From IMG/VR virus record IMGVR_UViG_3300021255_002737: DNA of 64,000 nucleotides; one strand, given 5' to 3'. The notes beneath the pieces were generated by a model. That model saw only the letters and a program-made list of their open reading frames with translations, did no database searches and was not told where the DNA came from. A program made the translations under genes and the position numbers. This stretch comes from a virus. Positions within the stretch are counted from its first letter, which is position 1; each line of letters starts with the position of its first letter. Shown here piece by piece: positions 47,837-58,236 of the stretch.

Positions 47837-48795
47837 TCCCCTTTCTTCATCTGATACTCTGGGTTGATAACCTTGAAGGAAAAGCGATTGCCTGGGAAAC
47901 CTTGCAGCCCTTCAATGGGTTCAATCGGACGGATTACAATGCCCTCTCTAGGGAAATTGCCAAAGGTACTATTGCCGATTGCCATCTTCACTAATTCGTC
48001 AATATTGTCAGTCAGGGCAAACTCATTGACAATCGGAACCGTGTCAACGTTGTGGAAACCAAGGAATACATCCATAGTATCCTGGTCGAAATATCCATGC
48101 TTGGCGATGTCATACACTGAGAAAACATAGATATGATGCTCAGGTAAATGCAGGTGGTTGCCCTGTTGTTTTGGCCCGACAAATTCACCCTGAATAGCAA
48201 TGTCTTTATCCAGATTGGAAATGAAATCAAGGAGCCCCTGTTTCTCTGCTGTTCTGAACATGGGAGACGTATTGTCTACTTCACGTTTCCTTGTACAGAC
48301 ACCAATATGGCCTTTGCTGCGGAAAATCGTACAGGATGAACCGTCGAGCTTTTCAGTAGCATAACAGGGAACGCCTTTGTACTTCGTGAGCAGTTCTGGA
48401 ATATTCTGTGCTCGTACTTCGTCTGTCTTAGGAATGTACCAAGGGAAAGCACCGACGGTATCCATTGGCTGTTCTGGGGGTTCATATTTTACAATGCCAA
48501 GTTCCTTTGTCATATCCGTGCCAACAGGTGCACCTCCGTGATATTCCAGTGCAATGCCCTGAGAATATACACCGCGAATCTTCTGGAGTTTGATATGGGA
48601 TTTACCTTTGAGAAAAGCAAAGGTCTCATTCTTCGGACAAATACTGTCTGTCTCAATGTAGATAACCTTGTCCCCAACATGGTATCCTTTGGGAACAACA
48701 CATTGAAAACCTTCGATATGTGCCAATTCAATACGGTCTGCATTTTCAATCGGTGTAAGGTTACGGATTACCTGTACAGATGCCAATTTTCTCAA
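47833..48795 (-). CDS. ATP-dependent RNA ligase family protein
   Basis: N-terminal OB-like MRKLASVQVIRNLTPIENADRIE; nucleotidyl-transferase motif I ATEKLDGSS. Confidence 0.65.
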   Translation of the reverse strand: MRKLASVQVIRNLTPIENADRIELAHIEGFQCVVPKGYHVGDKVIYIETDSICPKNETFAFLKGKSHIKLQKIRGVYSQGIALEYHGGAPVGTDMTKELGIVKYEPPEQPMDTVGAFPWYIPKTDEVRAQNIPELLTKYKGVPCYATEKLDGSSCTIFRSKGHIGVCTRKREVDNTSPMFRTAEKQGLLDFISNLDKDIAIQGEFVGPKQQGNHLHLPEHHIYVFSVYDIAKHGYFDQDTMDVFLGFHNVDTVPIVNEFALTDNIDELVKMAIGNSTFGNFPREGIVIRPIEPIEGLQGFPGNRFSFKVINPEYQMKKGE

Positions 48796-49055
48796 TGGAA
48801 ATCACTCTCTTTCTTTACAAGACTCTTTGCGTTGAACCATGACTTACGTACATCACAATATCCATTCTTGTCAGTCCCAATAGTTTCAACTTGGGCTTTC
48901 TGTGTGATTTTACCCGTGTCAGGATCAAGAAGCTCCTTGAGTCCAATGACAATCCCTTCTGATTCTAACGGCTTATACATGCGACCAATGATGATAACCT
49001 TGTCTCCAAGGGTCAACATGTGATTTGCAATGTCTTTAATCATTAGATTCACCAC
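48792..49055 (-). CDS. small SH3/KOW-like protein
   Basis: LGDKVIIIG pattern. Paralogous to 49036-49272 and 52713-52943. Confidence 0.4.
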   Translation of the reverse strand: MVNLMIKDIANHMLTLGDKVIIIGRMYKPLESEGIVIGLKELLDPDTGKITQKAQVETIGTDKNGYCDVRKSWFNAKSLVKKESDFH

Positions 49056-49272
49056 TTTCTAAGACAATGACATTCTTTGGTTTTACCCATGAATACTGAA
49101 ACCGTCCATTGTAATGCTCTATACATAATCGTCCTTCTGGGTTAAAGTTACGGAATTTCAGGCCAAGTTTGTTGTAGTATTCCTTGATGGAAACAACCAT
49201 ACCCGCTACACCAACATTAATGGCGTAAACCTCGTCGCCAAGGTGTATCGTTGAACCAAGTTTATCAATCAT
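49036..49272 (-). CDS. small SH3/KOW-like protein
   Basis: LGDEVYAI pattern. Confidence 0.4.
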   Translation of the reverse strand: MIDKLGSTIHLGDEVYAINVGVAGMVVSIKEYYNKLGLKFRNFNPEGRLCIEHYNGRFQYSWVKPKNVIVLESGESND

Positions 49273-49351
49273 ACTGTCCCTCCTTTGAAATCATTAAGAT
49301 AATGGGATTCCCCACAGCGGGGGAGCATTAGCATTCTGTAACGTCACCATG

Positions 49352-49813
49352 TCATTCCTCCATATACCAATGGTTGTCCTTGTCTTTCTTCCAGATATGC
49401 TGATTGGATGAACCACGGAAAGGAATATCTGTCCCATGATATTTCTCAACGTATTTGCCATCAATCAGACAATCAATATCTTGAAGATCGTCTTTATCAA
49501 AGGATAGGAAGGAAAATCCAGTGTACATTGTCGTATGCAATCCATTTTGTTTTGCCCATCTTGCAATTTCTTTTACTTGCCACATTTGATATGCAGGGTC
49601 GCCGCCAGAAAATGTAACGCCATCAATAAATCCGATATAGGATTTGATTTGTTTCATAATCACATCTACTGGAATTTCATCGCCGTCGTTGAAATCCCAT
49701 GTGGATGGATTTTGACAGCCTTTACAGTGATGTTGACAGCCCTGAGTAAAAATGACATAGTTAATACCTTTTCCATCAAAAAGACTCGTAGGTCTTAATC
49801 CTGCAATTCTCAA
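49352..49813 (-). CDS. nrdG: anaerobic ribonucleotide reductase activating protein
   Basis: Radical SAM CQHHCKGCQN; adjacent to nrdD. Confidence 0.85.
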   Translation of the reverse strand: MRIAGLRPTSLFDGKGINYVIFTQGCQHHCKGCQNPSTWDFNDGDEIPVDVIMKQIKSYIGFIDGVTFSGGDPAYQMWQVKEIARWAKQNGLHTTMYTGFSFLSFDKDDLQDIDCLIDGKYVEKYHGTDIPFRGSSNQHIWKKDKDNHWYMEE

Positions 49814-51939
49814 AGAGCATCACCACCTGCATGAGAAATACGGTCACGGGACTCTGCAACTTTACCTGCATTGAAGTGATCCTCTGTAGAAAGGTATCCC
49901 GTAATGATTTTGGTCTCCTTGTAATTCGTACTGCCACACTTTGGGCATTTACCATCGGAAAAAGTACCCTGATAATGGCAGCCATTGCAGAAATCCATTA
50001 CCCAGTTCACGCCACCATATACGATGCCACTGTCGGCGATGTAATTCAGGAGCTTCAACAATCCCTCTTTGTTGTATTTCGGTGAACGTCCTACTTCAAT
50101 GTAGAAAATATCACCTGCATTGCAAAGGAGATGATATGGAGCTTCAATGTCAACTTTCTGCTTCATATCGACATGACACGAAACAGGAACATGATTGCCA
50201 TTAGTAAAGTACTCCTTGTCTGTCACTCCATTTACAATGCCAAATTCATTACGACATTTCTTGAGCAGCGTATAGCAAGCACTCTCGGCAGGACTAGCGA
50301 ACGTTGCGAAGTTCAAATGGTATTTTTCCGTGGCTGCATCTGTCTCGTGACGGATATAGCCAATAATTTTCAGGCCAAGTTCCTGAGCTTCCTTGCTTTC
50401 ACCATGGTGTTTTCCCGTAAGAGCAGTAAGGCACTCTGCAAGACCAAGGAATCCAACGGAAAGACTACCGTTCTTTACCATCTGCTCAACGGTATCATCG
50501 GGTTTGAGTCCTTCATGTCCCTGCCACCACTGTCCAACAAATGGAATGTCCTTAACCTTGAGATTCTTCACGACATCATAGCGTTCCAGAAGTTCGTTGA
50601 TTGCATCGGAAACGACTTCATGGAAATAGGACGTGAACTCATCCATGACATCCGTGCCGTTTTCCTTTGCTCTATGCTTTGCTTCCAGTGCGACATACGG
50701 TAAGGAAATCGTATTGAAGAACAGATTACCTCTTGCGTTTGTATCGGCACTGCCATTGACATTGCCACGGACAGCCGTGCGGCATCCCATCGTTCCAATG
50801 TTATCCAGTGACATTCCCTTGTATGCAGGAGAATCAGCAAAGACAAAACGCGGCTGGATACGCTTACCAATGCAATCCAGTGCTAAATCTGTGATGCCAA
50901 AATTGGGTTCGCCTGGCTTAGAATTGATACCCTTTTTGAATCTATAGCAAAGGTTCGGGAAAATCGGGTTCTCGCCATTGCCAAGACCTGCGATATATGC
51001 TTTGAAAAGGTTCTTAGAAATCATTCTTGCCCACTCGGATTCATCCGTACCGAAGTTTACAGAGCTAAATGTGACCTGTGCGCCACTACGGGAACGCATG
51101 GTATTCATGTTATACACAAAGGCTTCCATTGCCTGATAAACGGCTTTTTCCGTGTGCTGCAATGCAAGTTTCTCTGCTCTCTCGTGATTGACATAGCCGC
51201 CACTGACAACCCTCATGTCATCTTCAATGCGTTTCTTCTGCCATTCGTATTCCTTTTCGACATACGTCGCAAGGTCAGTGTCAAAACGAAGGAATCCCTG
51301 ACCGCCGAACATATCGTTCTGGGAACTCTGGAGGATGATACAAGACAAGGCAACTGCACTAGAAATGCGTTTCGGGGAACGGATACTGCCGACACCATTG
51401 TCAAATCCATGAGAAAGCATGTCGCCCAACGGATTAAAGAAGCAATTCCATGTCAGGCCATAGTATCCAAGATCGTGGATATACACAATGCCTTTCTTGT
51501 GATTCTCTGCGAACTTCGGTGTCATGCGAGAGAGGAAATACGGTTTAGATACAGACTCAGCAATGCCATACATCTTGGAAGCAGCAGAGTTCTGTGTATT
51601 GGCGTTGTCGTGGTTCATTTCTGCAACAAGAGTACCAACGTTTTTCATGAGGTTGCTCTTTGCCATGCGAACCTCATTGCGTTTCTGTCTGTAAAGGATA
51701 TATTCTTTAGCACATTTTTTATCGTGCTTCATCAAGGACTTCTCTACGCTGTCATGAATGGTATCAACAGACACATCCTTGTTAGCCGTACTGAATTTCT
51801 TGTCCATTTCCTCTGCGACTTTTGTAGCGAGCTGTTCATTGAACTTCCCGTAAACACTCATTGTTGTTTTCAGTACAGCATCGTGTACTTTCTTCGCCTT
51901 GAACTCCTCTACCCTTCCGTCGTGCTTGATTACTACCAT
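49810..51939 (-). CDS. nrdD: anaerobic ribonucleoside-triphosphate reductase
   Basis: N-terminal ATP-cone; C-terminal CNGC...CPKCGS zinc site and a glycyl-radical-like TKIITGYLS. Confidence 0.9.
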   Translation of the reverse strand: MVVIKHDGRVEEFKAKKVHDAVLKTTMSVYGKFNEQLATKVAEEMDKKFSTANKDVSVDTIHDSVEKSLMKHDKKCAKEYILYRQKRNEVRMAKSNLMKNVGTLVAEMNHDNANTQNSAASKMYGIAESVSKPYFLSRMTPKFAENHKKGIVYIHDLGYYGLTWNCFFNPLGDMLSHGFDNGVGSIRSPKRISSAVALSCIILQSSQNDMFGGQGFLRFDTDLATYVEKEYEWQKKRIEDDMRVVSGGYVNHERAEKLALQHTEKAVYQAMEAFVYNMNTMRSRSGAQVTFSSVNFGTDESEWARMISKNLFKAYIAGLGNGENPIFPNLCYRFKKGINSKPGEPNFGITDLALDCIGKRIQPRFVFADSPAYKGMSLDNIGTMGCRTAVRGNVNGSADTNARGNLFFNTISLPYVALEAKHRAKENGTDVMDEFTSYFHEVVSDAINELLERYDVVKNLKVKDIPFVGQWWQGHEGLKPDDTVEQMVKNGSLSVGFLGLAECLTALTGKHHGESKEAQELGLKIIGYIRHETDAATEKYHLNFATFASPAESACYTLLKKCRNEFGIVNGVTDKEYFTNGNHVPVSCHVDMKQKVDIEAPYHLLCNAGDIFYIEVGRSPKYNKEGLLKLLNYIADSGIVYGGVNWVMDFCNGCHYQGTFSDGKCPKCGSTNYKETKIITGYLSTEDHFNAGKVAESRDRISHAGGDAL

Positions 51940-51950
51940 CTACACATCAC

Positions 51951-52349
51951 TCACTTTCTGTTGTTTAACATTGCCTTGATTTTATTTCTATATTTCTTGG
52001 CTTCATTCCGGTCGCGGAATACGTTGCCAAAAATACCAATGTGTTTGCAGCTGTATGCCCAATCCTTCTGCTTGATTTCCCCATCAATATCGATGTAACA
52101 AAATGTCTCCCCGATATGCATCGGTTCCCATTTATCAGGACATGGCGTAATATCCGTTGTCCCTGAAAACATTGCACCGAGCTGATTCAGTTGGGCAACA
52201 TTGCCACCTCTATCGTAAATACCATGGTCAGTGATTCTGTATGGACATCCATAGATGTACCCTGTAGCTACCCTGACGTAGAATGGCTGGTTCATTTCTA
52301 CACCGAGATACTCAGCCATCTTCTTATATTTCTCACACCGATCCATCAT
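51951..52349 (-). CDS. hypothetical protein
   Basis: 132 aa. Confidence 0.5.
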   Translation of the reverse strand: MMDRCEKYKKMAEYLGVEMNQPFYVRVATGYIYGCPYRITDHGIYDRGGNVAQLNQLGAMFSGTTDITPCPDKWEPMHIGETFCYIDIDGEIKQKDWAYSCKHIGIFGNVFRDRNEAKKYRNKIKAMLNNRK

Positions 52350-52716
52350 TGAACCTCCTGATTCTCATTTCTAACCGAGGATTTTCACGGTCAACACTGA
52401 AATCCTGTTGTCGACACAATAGCCATCGGTCGTTATTGACAATCCCTGCATTCTGAATGGAATCACAAAGAAGTTTCAACGAGTTGGAACAGTCACGTAT
52501 CCGTCTATCAGGCCAATAGTGCCATAGGTCAACAATGACTTTCTCGTTCCCAACCGTTTGCCATCCCTGTTCTTCCATTGCAGATCGCATGGAATCCTCT
52601 GCGTTTTTCATCCACTCTTTCCCGCGCTTATTCAGGATTTTCATGCCCTTACGATAGAAGAACGCATGATTTTCCGTGATAGGCACGGGAATGGTGATGA
52701 GCAGCTCCCTAGTCAA
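52333..52716 (-). CDS. rusA: RusA-type Holliday junction resolvase
   Basis: DCSNSLKLLCDSIQNAGIVNNDRW (the D..N..K...D pattern). Confidence 0.7.
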   Translation of the reverse strand: MTRELLITIPVPITENHAFFYRKGMKILNKRGKEWMKNAEDSMRSAMEEQGWQTVGNEKVIVDLWHYWPDRRIRDCSNSLKLLCDSIQNAGIVNNDRWLLCRQQDFSVDRENPRLEMRIRRFNDGSV

Positions 52717-52943
52717 TACTGAATGCTTCCTTTAGATATTTCGTTCATTTCACTACCTCTAATTACTACATCCAATTGCTCGCCATCAAGTACATATTCA
52801 TCGCCGCTATTCAACGCTACACGGTAAACGTTATTACCGAAGTCATAGGTAATCACGCCAATGGGATATGTGTATTCGATACATCCCTTCATGTAGAGTG
52901 GTGGGTTATACTTGATAGCCACCTTGTCACCAACGTGAAACAT
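52713..52943 (-). CDS. small SH3/KOW-like protein
   Basis: MFHVGDKVAIKY. Confidence 0.4.
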   Translation of the reverse strand: MFHVGDKVAIKYNPPLYMKGCIEYTYPIGVITYDFGNNVYRVALNSGDEYVLDGEQLDVVIRGSEMNEISKGSIQY

Positions 52944-52995
52944 ATTGAAACCTCCTTATTGTCAATGACAACTATAATTGTCAATCGAGACATAG

Positions 52996-53178
52996 TTAGT
53001 CGATTTCCCAACAATCCGGTGTGTCATGCAATGCACAACCATAGTGGGTGATATTGTTATCATACGGATACTCAATGGATAATGGACAATCCTTACATGG
53101 TTCTTCATTATTCCATGTTCGTTTGTCACAATAGCGTTTGATTTTGCACGCCATGTCATATGCTTCTTGCTGTGTCAT
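52996..53178 (-). CDS. small Cys-rich protein
   Basis: 60 aa with CDK..CKDC..C..C. Confidence 0.4.
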   Translation of the reverse strand: MTQQEAYDMACKIKRYCDKRTWNNEEPCKDCPLSIEYPYDNNITHYGCALHDTPDCWEID

Positions 53179-54074
53179 TCTACATCCATCCCCTTGTTAT
53201 GATTGCCACACCAATGAGTCTGATAGAAATCACACTGCTCATTTACGGAACACCATAGAGCACATCGCCTATTCGGGAATGACTTACTGCTATTCCATCG
53301 TTCTGTTGATGAACATGGTGGCGGACAAGTGTTGGACTCAATGGCTTCTCTGAGCATCCGTTCTTTGGTTTCGAAGTATAACCTTACCCATTTTAGCGAG
53401 ATAAAATTGATAGGCACAATATAGCTAGGTCTAGTCAATCCCATCTTCTTGGCTTCGGCATCTACAGAACTACGAAGGAACATATTTACACAAATAGCTT
53501 TTACTGGAAGTCCTTCGTTCTCCATCATGTAACGATAGTAGTTGAGCTGCAATGCAATATCCATGATGTCACGGACACCACCTGATTCCCATACTTGTTC
53601 CCATCGCTCCTGTCCTTTGTATTTTCCCCTAGTGACTATTTTCTTTGTCCACCTAGGTTTCATACCAAGGCATCTCGCTATTCTTGCACTACGGAAAAAC
53701 TTGAAATCCCATAATACCTGATTCTTCATGTCATAAGCATCAAAGGCACCGCTTGTAATATCATCGGTCATTCGATGCTCTGCCATCCAGCCATCTGGGG
53801 ACGAATCTTCAAAGGCTTTATGGCTATTCGTGCCAATCATAGCAGCAATGCCACCCAATGGATCAACGTAGTAGTCACGAAGATGTTCCAAGTACACCAT
53901 CCTTGTTGGCTTCAACAGCGTTGTAACACTGAACTTTCCGAACCAATGATGCGTGCTTTTTTCAGCGGCATTCAATGCAGGTAATGCCATACATCGATGG
54001 TCGCAATGTCCTTCAAGGCAATCCTTGAATTTCACAGTATCTCCGTTGGGACACCGGAATCCTATTGCTGACAT
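53175..54074 (-). CDS. PD-(D/E)XK / Cas4-like nuclease
   Basis: FDAYD...LWDFKF core; N- and C-terminal Cys (CLEGHCDHRC, CALWCSVNEQC) consistent with an Fe-S cluster. Confidence 0.55.
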   Translation of the reverse strand: MSAIGFRCPNGDTVKFKDCLEGHCDHRCMALPALNAAEKSTHHWFGKFSVTTLLKPTRMVYLEHLRDYYVDPLGGIAAMIGTNSHKAFEDSSPDGWMAEHRMTDDITSGAFDAYDMKNQVLWDFKFFRSARIARCLGMKPRWTKKIVTRGKYKGQERWEQVWESGGVRDIMDIALQLNYYRYMMENEGLPVKAICVNMFLRSSVDAEAKKMGLTRPSYIVPINFISLKWVRLYFETKERMLREAIESNTCPPPCSSTERWNSSKSFPNRRCALWCSVNEQCDFYQTHWCGNHNKGMDVE

Positions 54075-54103
54075 TCAACTTCCTCCTTTCATCGACATTT
54101 TCA

Positions 54104-54132
54104 ATTATACATCGTATAACTATCGTTGTCAA
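54104..54132 (-). promoter_or_regulatory. consensus sigma-70 promoter (internal early promoter)
   Basis: Minus strand reads TTGACA-acgatagttatacgatg-TATAAT with a 17-bp spacer. Confidence 0.65.
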
Positions 54133-54140
54133 TGAAAATA

Positions 54141-54965
54141 TCAAAAACAATCTCTGGCAAAGTTATAGTATTCCTCTGCGATTTCAGGGTATTTCTCGGC
54201 AAATAACTGAGAGGTTTTTACAGCACCTTTGTTGCGCTTGGAGACAAACTGTGAAAATGTCTTGTGTCTACACATAGAGGGCTGATTACACCATGCAGCT
54301 AATGTCACGTACATACTATACCATGGCGATTCTCTATACTTTTCATATCGCATAACATACGCAAAACAACGGTACTGAAATAGGATACGTATTCGTTCAA
54401 ATGTATCGGCAATATCCTGTTTCCAGAAATCATCATCGTATTTATCATTACGATCAAAGGCACACAATATATAGAAACGGCATTCCCGATCCGTATATCG
54501 ACGAATCATCTTGAGTTTATTTATGATAATATCTTTGTCTGCAATATTATCAAAAGCAAACGTCGGAGTACCGTCATAGCGCATGGAAAACAACTTTTGG
54601 CACTTATTATCCGTAAGAATCCTCTCGTCCATTCCTTGCCTGAACTGAAAGGGAATGTCCATGTTATTTACTTCGTCTAGTACGGATTCCCATTCTGGAA
54701 GTCCGAAGAAATTATCATCGAGAAAACAGAGTTTAGGCCGTGACTCGTCGTAAAATTCACGGATAGGGCTGTGAGGAACTACCCTTGTCTTATTCTGATT
54801 GACACAGAACGGACATTGACGAAAACATCCCCTTGTCAGGTATCCAATGGAATAATCCGTGTAGAACTTTAGGTTATTCTTGGATACTCCCTGTTCAAGC
54901 TGCGACATTACAAAGTCATCATATAAGTGATAGTCAGGTATGTGATGTTCAATTTCATCTGGCAA
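54141..54965 (-). CDS. radical SAM enzyme, C-terminal reading frame
   Basis: YLTRGCFRQCPFCVNQ (CxxxCxxC). The frame stays open upstream to the C6 tract. Confidence 0.7.
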   Translation of the reverse strand: MPDEIEHHIPDYHLYDDFVMSQLEQGVSKNNLKFYTDYSIGYLTRGCFRQCPFCVNQNKTRVVPHSPIREFYDESRPKLCFLDDNFFGLPEWESVLDEVNNMDIPFQFRQGMDERILTDNKCQKLFSMRYDGTPTFAFDNIADKDIIINKLKMIRRYTDRECRFYILCAFDRNDKYDDDFWKQDIADTFERIRILFQYRCFAYVMRYEKYRESPWYSMYVTLAAWCNQPSMCRHKTFSQFVSKRNKGAVKTSQLFAEKYPEIAEEYYNFARDCF

Positions 54966-55092
54966 TGGCTTTGCTTTATCATAGAAGAACCCTGTTCCGC
55001 CATAGGTTACATTTTGTCTGTCCAGAACATCATTGGGTACTACTGTATCCGTGAATACCTTTGCAATGAATACTTTGTCGTATTCATCTAGT

Positions 55093-55233
55093 TCATCGTA
55101 GTCTGTCTTTAGTGTGACCCCCCATTTCCTTGTAATATCCAGACAACTTCATGCAGACAAGATTGGGAAAACGATGGTTTTTCCGTCCGATCAAATCCGC
55201 ATCAATAATTGCGACATTCACTTCCATAACCAT
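55093..55233 (-). pseudogene. N-terminal fragment of the radical SAM gene, out of frame by one G
   Basis: MVMEVNVAIIDADLIGRKNHRFPNLVCMKLSGYYKEMGG, then a frameshift at G6 (plus-strand C6, 55118-55123). Confidence 0.5.
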
Positions 55234-55388
55234 TTCCTTGTCCCTTCATCGAGCGCATCGGAAAACCATGTAAAAAGTCCACCAATAATATGTGTGATAT
55301 AGATAATAAGCACAGGGAAAATACAAAAGAGAAGCCTCGTCCTTCTCTGGGGATACTTACGCCAAAAATCTTTGAAACTCTGAATCAT
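55218..55388 (-). CDS. small membrane protein (56 aa)
   Basis: Below the ORF cutoff. ATGA overlap with the primase stop; TM segment LLFCIFPVLIIYITHIIGGLF. Confidence 0.4.
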   Translation of the reverse strand: MIQSFKDFWRKYPQRRTRLLFCIFPVLIIYITHIIGGLFTWFSDALDEGTRKWLWK

Positions 55389-57412
55389 TCTTTATCCACT
55401 CCTAGAAAATTCTCGTCAACTACTTCGGACACCTTGGATGTTGCAGGATCATACCGCATCTTGAATATGGTATTGCCGTTTTTGCTCTCACGGGCCTTAT
55501 CGACTTTGATATAAGAGATATTACGGTTCTTCTCACGGTCAATCGGGGACAAACTTGTATCTACATCGGCTTTCCATAACAGCAGAATGGTATCACCGGA
55601 TGCCACCTGTCCACCTGCGCCCTTAATATCATTCATTGTCGGTTCAGGGATACGCCCCTTATCCTTATTCTGGGATGCCTTATTGAGCTGCGACAGCATG
55701 ACAAAGAGGACGTTATTGCGTTTTGCAATGGCTTTCATCTTCTTTGCAGTGGTCTCCTGTTCTTCTACCGTTTCGGTGTGGCGAAGATACCCAAAGTAGT
55801 CTACAATGACTACATCAATCGTACCAATGTGTGTATTGGCGATTTTTAGATACGACTCAATGTCATCAATGGACAGATCGTTTTTGTCAAGGATATACAA
55901 ATGGTCTGATAGTTTATCACAAATAACCTGATATGTTTCACGATTCTCATGGATAAATTTCCGCACCTTATGTCTTGGAATCCCCATGATCTGTGCAACG
56001 AGAACCTGCATGACACGCTGCCTTGGCATTTCCAATGAGAAAAATAGAACTTTCAATTTCTGTGTAATGCACCAGTTCAATATCATCTGGCAGGTTGTAC
56101 TAGTCTTGCCACTAAATGAATATCCTGCAATTACAGTGACATCCGTCTTAATCATTGTAATTGCATCGTCAATATTCATGAATCCTGTAGTAATGGCCTC
56201 GCCCTCCTCCATTTTGTACAGTGCGCCATACGCATCTTCTACCGTGACAAAATCCTTGAGCTTTTCGTCGATGGTATCTTCTTTTACAGAAAGCAATTCA
56301 CGGACAAGCGATACATCCCTGTTCCATTCCTTGGCAAGATACTCTGCAATATCAGCGCGAACTACAGGATTCGATACAGATTTCATGTACTCAACAATGA
56401 GTTTTTCCTGTACCTCTTTATCGGACTCTCCCTTGATAATCTCTTTGGCACAGTAGTAATCCAATGACTCATACTTGCAATCCTTGGCAATATCAAGGCC
56501 ATTCACGAGCATATCATTGAGGTCTTTGTTTCCATCTGGAATGACAGCGACCTTCACGACAGTCTGCGGGTGATATTTACGAAAGATTTCACGCGCACGC
56601 AAGACAAACTTCGATGCCTTACCATCGTTATCTGGTACAAGAATCACCTTGCCACCCTTGATAGGCCGTAAGATTTCCGTGACCTTATCCGCATGAGATC
56701 GTGTAATACTAATGCCACAATATGCCATACAGCAGAGTCCCTGTTGCGTTGCACTGGCTGCATCCAATGAGCCTTCACAGAGCATGACGCTCTTTGTTAC
56801 ACGGAGATTCTTGATAGTCTCATTGATGCCATACAGAAATTCACCCTTGACGAATAACCCAGGAACATTCTTAGAGTTCTTGTATTTACATGCTCCATCA
56901 AAGTGACGATACAGGAACGCTACACAACGTCCAAATTCGTCACGCATTGGAATAGACAGGACATGATTCTTGGTGCTGTATCCAAAGCCATAGAGCTTTA
57001 TGGTCTCGTCTGTGAACCCTCGATTCTTGAGGTATTTATAGATGGACGCTAAGTTCCTTTGCATTCCCTTTGCCCATGTCTCGTTCCTCTGTACAATATC
57101 CATGTGAGTGTTGAACGAATCATCGGAATCAATGGTAAGACCAAGGTCATCACATAGTGTTTTTACAGCCTGCATGTACGTACAGGAATCACGGTGCTGA
57201 ACAAAGGAAATCACGCCTTTACCCTGTTCATGACAAGAGAAGCAATAGAATGTATTGGTACTCGGAAAGATAGTGAAACTCGTAGGATTCGTTGCACCAC
57301 TATGGAATGGACAGGTACAGCGATACGTTCCATCAGATTGCAATACTGCATCACTGACGTATTCAACGAGACTCCTACGATTCAACTGAGAAATGATATT
57401 ACTCATCACCAT
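55385..57412 (-). CDS. bifunctional primase-helicase
   Basis: CHC2 zinc finger (CTCPFHSGATNPS..YCFSCHEQG); Toprim (LCEGSLD, VPDNDGKA); DnaB-like P-loop (GYSFSGKTS). Confidence 0.85.
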   Translation of the reverse strand: MVMSNIISQLNRRSLVEYVSDAVLQSDGTYRCTCPFHSGATNPTSFTIFPSTNTFYCFSCHEQGKGVISFVQHRDSCTYMQAVKTLCDDLGLTIDSDDSFNTHMDIVQRNETWAKGMQRNLASIYKYLKNRGFTDETIKLYGFGYSTKNHVLSIPMRDEFGRCVAFLYRHFDGACKYKNSKNVPGLFVKGEFLYGINETIKNLRVTKSVMLCEGSLDAASATQQGLCCMAYCGISITRSHADKVTEILRPIKGGKVILVPDNDGKASKFVLRAREIFRKYHPQTVVKVAVIPDGNKDLNDMLVNGLDIAKDCKYESLDYYCAKEIIKGESDKEVQEKLIVEYMKSVSNPVVRADIAEYLAKEWNRDVSLVRELLSVKEDTIDEKLKDFVTVEDAYGALYKMEEGEAITTGFMNIDDAITMIKTDVTVIAGYSFSGKTSTTCQMILNWCITQKLKVLFFSLEMPRQRVMQVLVAQIMGIPRHKVRKFIHENRETYQVICDKLSDHLYILDKNDLSIDDIESYLKIANTHIGTIDVVIVDYFGYLRHTETVEEQETTAKKMKAIAKRNNVLFVMLSQLNKASQNKDKGRIPEPTMNDIKGAGGQVASGDTILLLWKADVDTSLSPIDREKNRNISYIKVDKARESKNGNTIFKMRYDPATSKVSEVVDENFLGVDKE

Positions 57413-57815
57413 ATCCCCTTACACAATCCTGATAATAGTCACTCAATTCTCTCTTTACCTTGTCAGTGTTACGCATTGCTGCCTTTTCGGATGCAAAGAC
57501 ATTATTTGACTTATACAAGGATAAGTGCATTGGATTGTAGATGTCGAACTTATCCTTGGCAACCCCAAGAATTCCATTGACACGTTCAACGAACCAAAAC
57601 GTGTCGCCATATCCAATATTGTCATATACATCGTCTAAAAAACAAACCCCTGAGAGCATGTCTGAGAGCGTTTTCGGCGCATTCATGGTAATTCCATTTA
57701 GCGTATATTTGAGTCCGTTTGGTGTAAAGAAGAAATTACCCGCTCTATCGTTGAGAAGAAAATGTTCTCCATAGTCTACGCCAAACATCTCGATGACCTT
57801 ATCCATATTTTTCAT
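57399..57815 (-). CDS. hypothetical protein
   Basis: 138 aa. Confidence 0.5.
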   Translation of the reverse strand: MKNMDKVIEMFGVDYGEHFLLNDRAGNFFFTPNGLKYTLNGITMNAPKTLSDMLSGVCFLDDVYDNIGYGDTFWFVERVNGILGVAKDKFDIYNPMHLSLYKSNNVFASEKAAMRNTDKVKRELSDYYQDCVRGYGDE

Positions 57816-57816
57816 A

Positions 57817-58203
57817 TCAACACGCCCCTACAATTTCTACGGTTATATATTGTCTACCCCATTCCCAACATGAGGATTCATCGTCCATGTAGATGTCGAA
57901 TCGTTCAATACCATAGCCACCACCAAAGCGATCCTTGACAACGTATTCCCTTCCATTGATACGTACAATGGTTCCAAACGGCAATACATCGTTTGCTACG
58001 GCACCTACATGAGGACGTTCGCCATTTGCCATGACATAGCCACCAGTATAGGCACTGACATTCCCCTGAATCCTACGTGTAACTGGAGTATTTACACTTG
58101 TTTCTATTGGGACTGCACGCAGCTCTGTGTCCTCCACATAGCTCGGATGCAACACCGATGCATCAGCCAGAGGAGAAACCATTGATACAAACAGCCCAAC
58201 CAT
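57817..58203 (-). CDS. 3D-domain cell-wall-binding/lytic protein
   Basis: VLPFGTIVRINGREYVVKDRFGGGYGIERFDIYM; hydrophobic N-terminus. Confidence 0.6.
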   Translation of the reverse strand: MVGLFVSMVSPLADASVLHPSYVEDTELRAVPIETSVNTPVTRRIQGNVSAYTGGYVMANGERPHVGAVANDVLPFGTIVRINGREYVVKDRFGGGYGIERFDIYMDDESSCWEWGRQYITVEIVGAC

Positions 58204-58236
58204 AATAAGTATTCCCTGCTTAATAAAATCATCTCC

